Origin: Vicugna vicugna
Lineage: Eukaryota
Reading direction: 5' to 3'
Assembly: GCA_013265495.1 (NCBI GenBank)
Contig: MU058584.1
Coordinates: 6,352,407-6,416,406 of the forward strand
Length of the DNA stretch: 64,000 nucleotides
In this document: positions 63,805 to 64,000 of the stretch, one piece after another
Position numbering within the stretch: the first letter of the stretch is position 1
How the letters are laid out: every line of letters begins with the position of its first letter
The notes under the pieces: generated by a model
Told to the model about the DNA's origin: nothing
Database searches by the model: none
The model's input: the letters and a program-made list of their open reading frames with translations, nothing else
Made by a program: the position numbers and the translations under genes

Positions 63805-64000
63805 TAATGCAGGAAAATGGATGTGGGGCATGAGGAGGGCCGAGTCCCAGGCTTCGGTTGAGCCCCTGGGATGCGCCCTGCCAAGTGTGGGTCCTTGGCT
63901 TCGCGCAGGGAAGAATTCAAGTGCGAGCCACCGTTGAGTTAAGGTAGATTTATTTAGAGAGATACATACTGCATAGAGTGTAAGGCAAGAGAAAGGTGAG
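63805..64000 (-). mobile_element. Young ERV1-class LTR, cut off by the window end
   Basis: Abrupt GC/CpG-rich switch inside L1; ccttggcttcgcgcagggaagaattcaagtgcgagcc...tttatt (minus-strand AATAAA) is typical of the U5/R end of an antisense ERV1 LTR. Confidence 0.7.

Noticed and set aside
1..64000. CRISPR arrays, operons, rRNA or known miRNA hairpins
   Set aside because: Mammalian repeat-rich DNA; no regularly spaced repeats or rRNA, and none of the conserved miRNA sequences I checked by eye were seen (not exhaustive)

Overview
Mammalian genomic DNA, very probably camelid: three copies of a tRNA-Ala-like SINE match the camelid Vic-1 type. The window is AT-rich and repeat-dense, and reads as intergenic or intronic. 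I cannot support any host protein-coding gene; the ORF track is mostly L1 debris or chance. Content includes old L1/HAL1, L2, CR1/L3 and MIR remnants, MaLR/ERVL/ERV1 solo LTRs and DNA-transposon fossils. Most notable: (1) a young, near-intact U7 snRNA retrocopy with poly(A) and target-site duplication (TSD) at about 5.06-5.15 kb; (2) a decayed Gypsy/Ty3-type integrase at about 0.15-0.9 kb that the ORF track mostly misses; (3) a decayed Tigger/pogo DDE transposase at about 41.9-43.1 kb; (4) a CpG/GC-box/TATA promoter-like element at about 46.9-47.0 kb, followed by splice signals that suggest a hypothetical spliced transcript ending in an LTR; (5) two L1 insertions with 5' inversions. Repeat subfamily names come from remembered consensus similarity and boundaries are approximate; no search was run. 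I found no clearly novel biological system.
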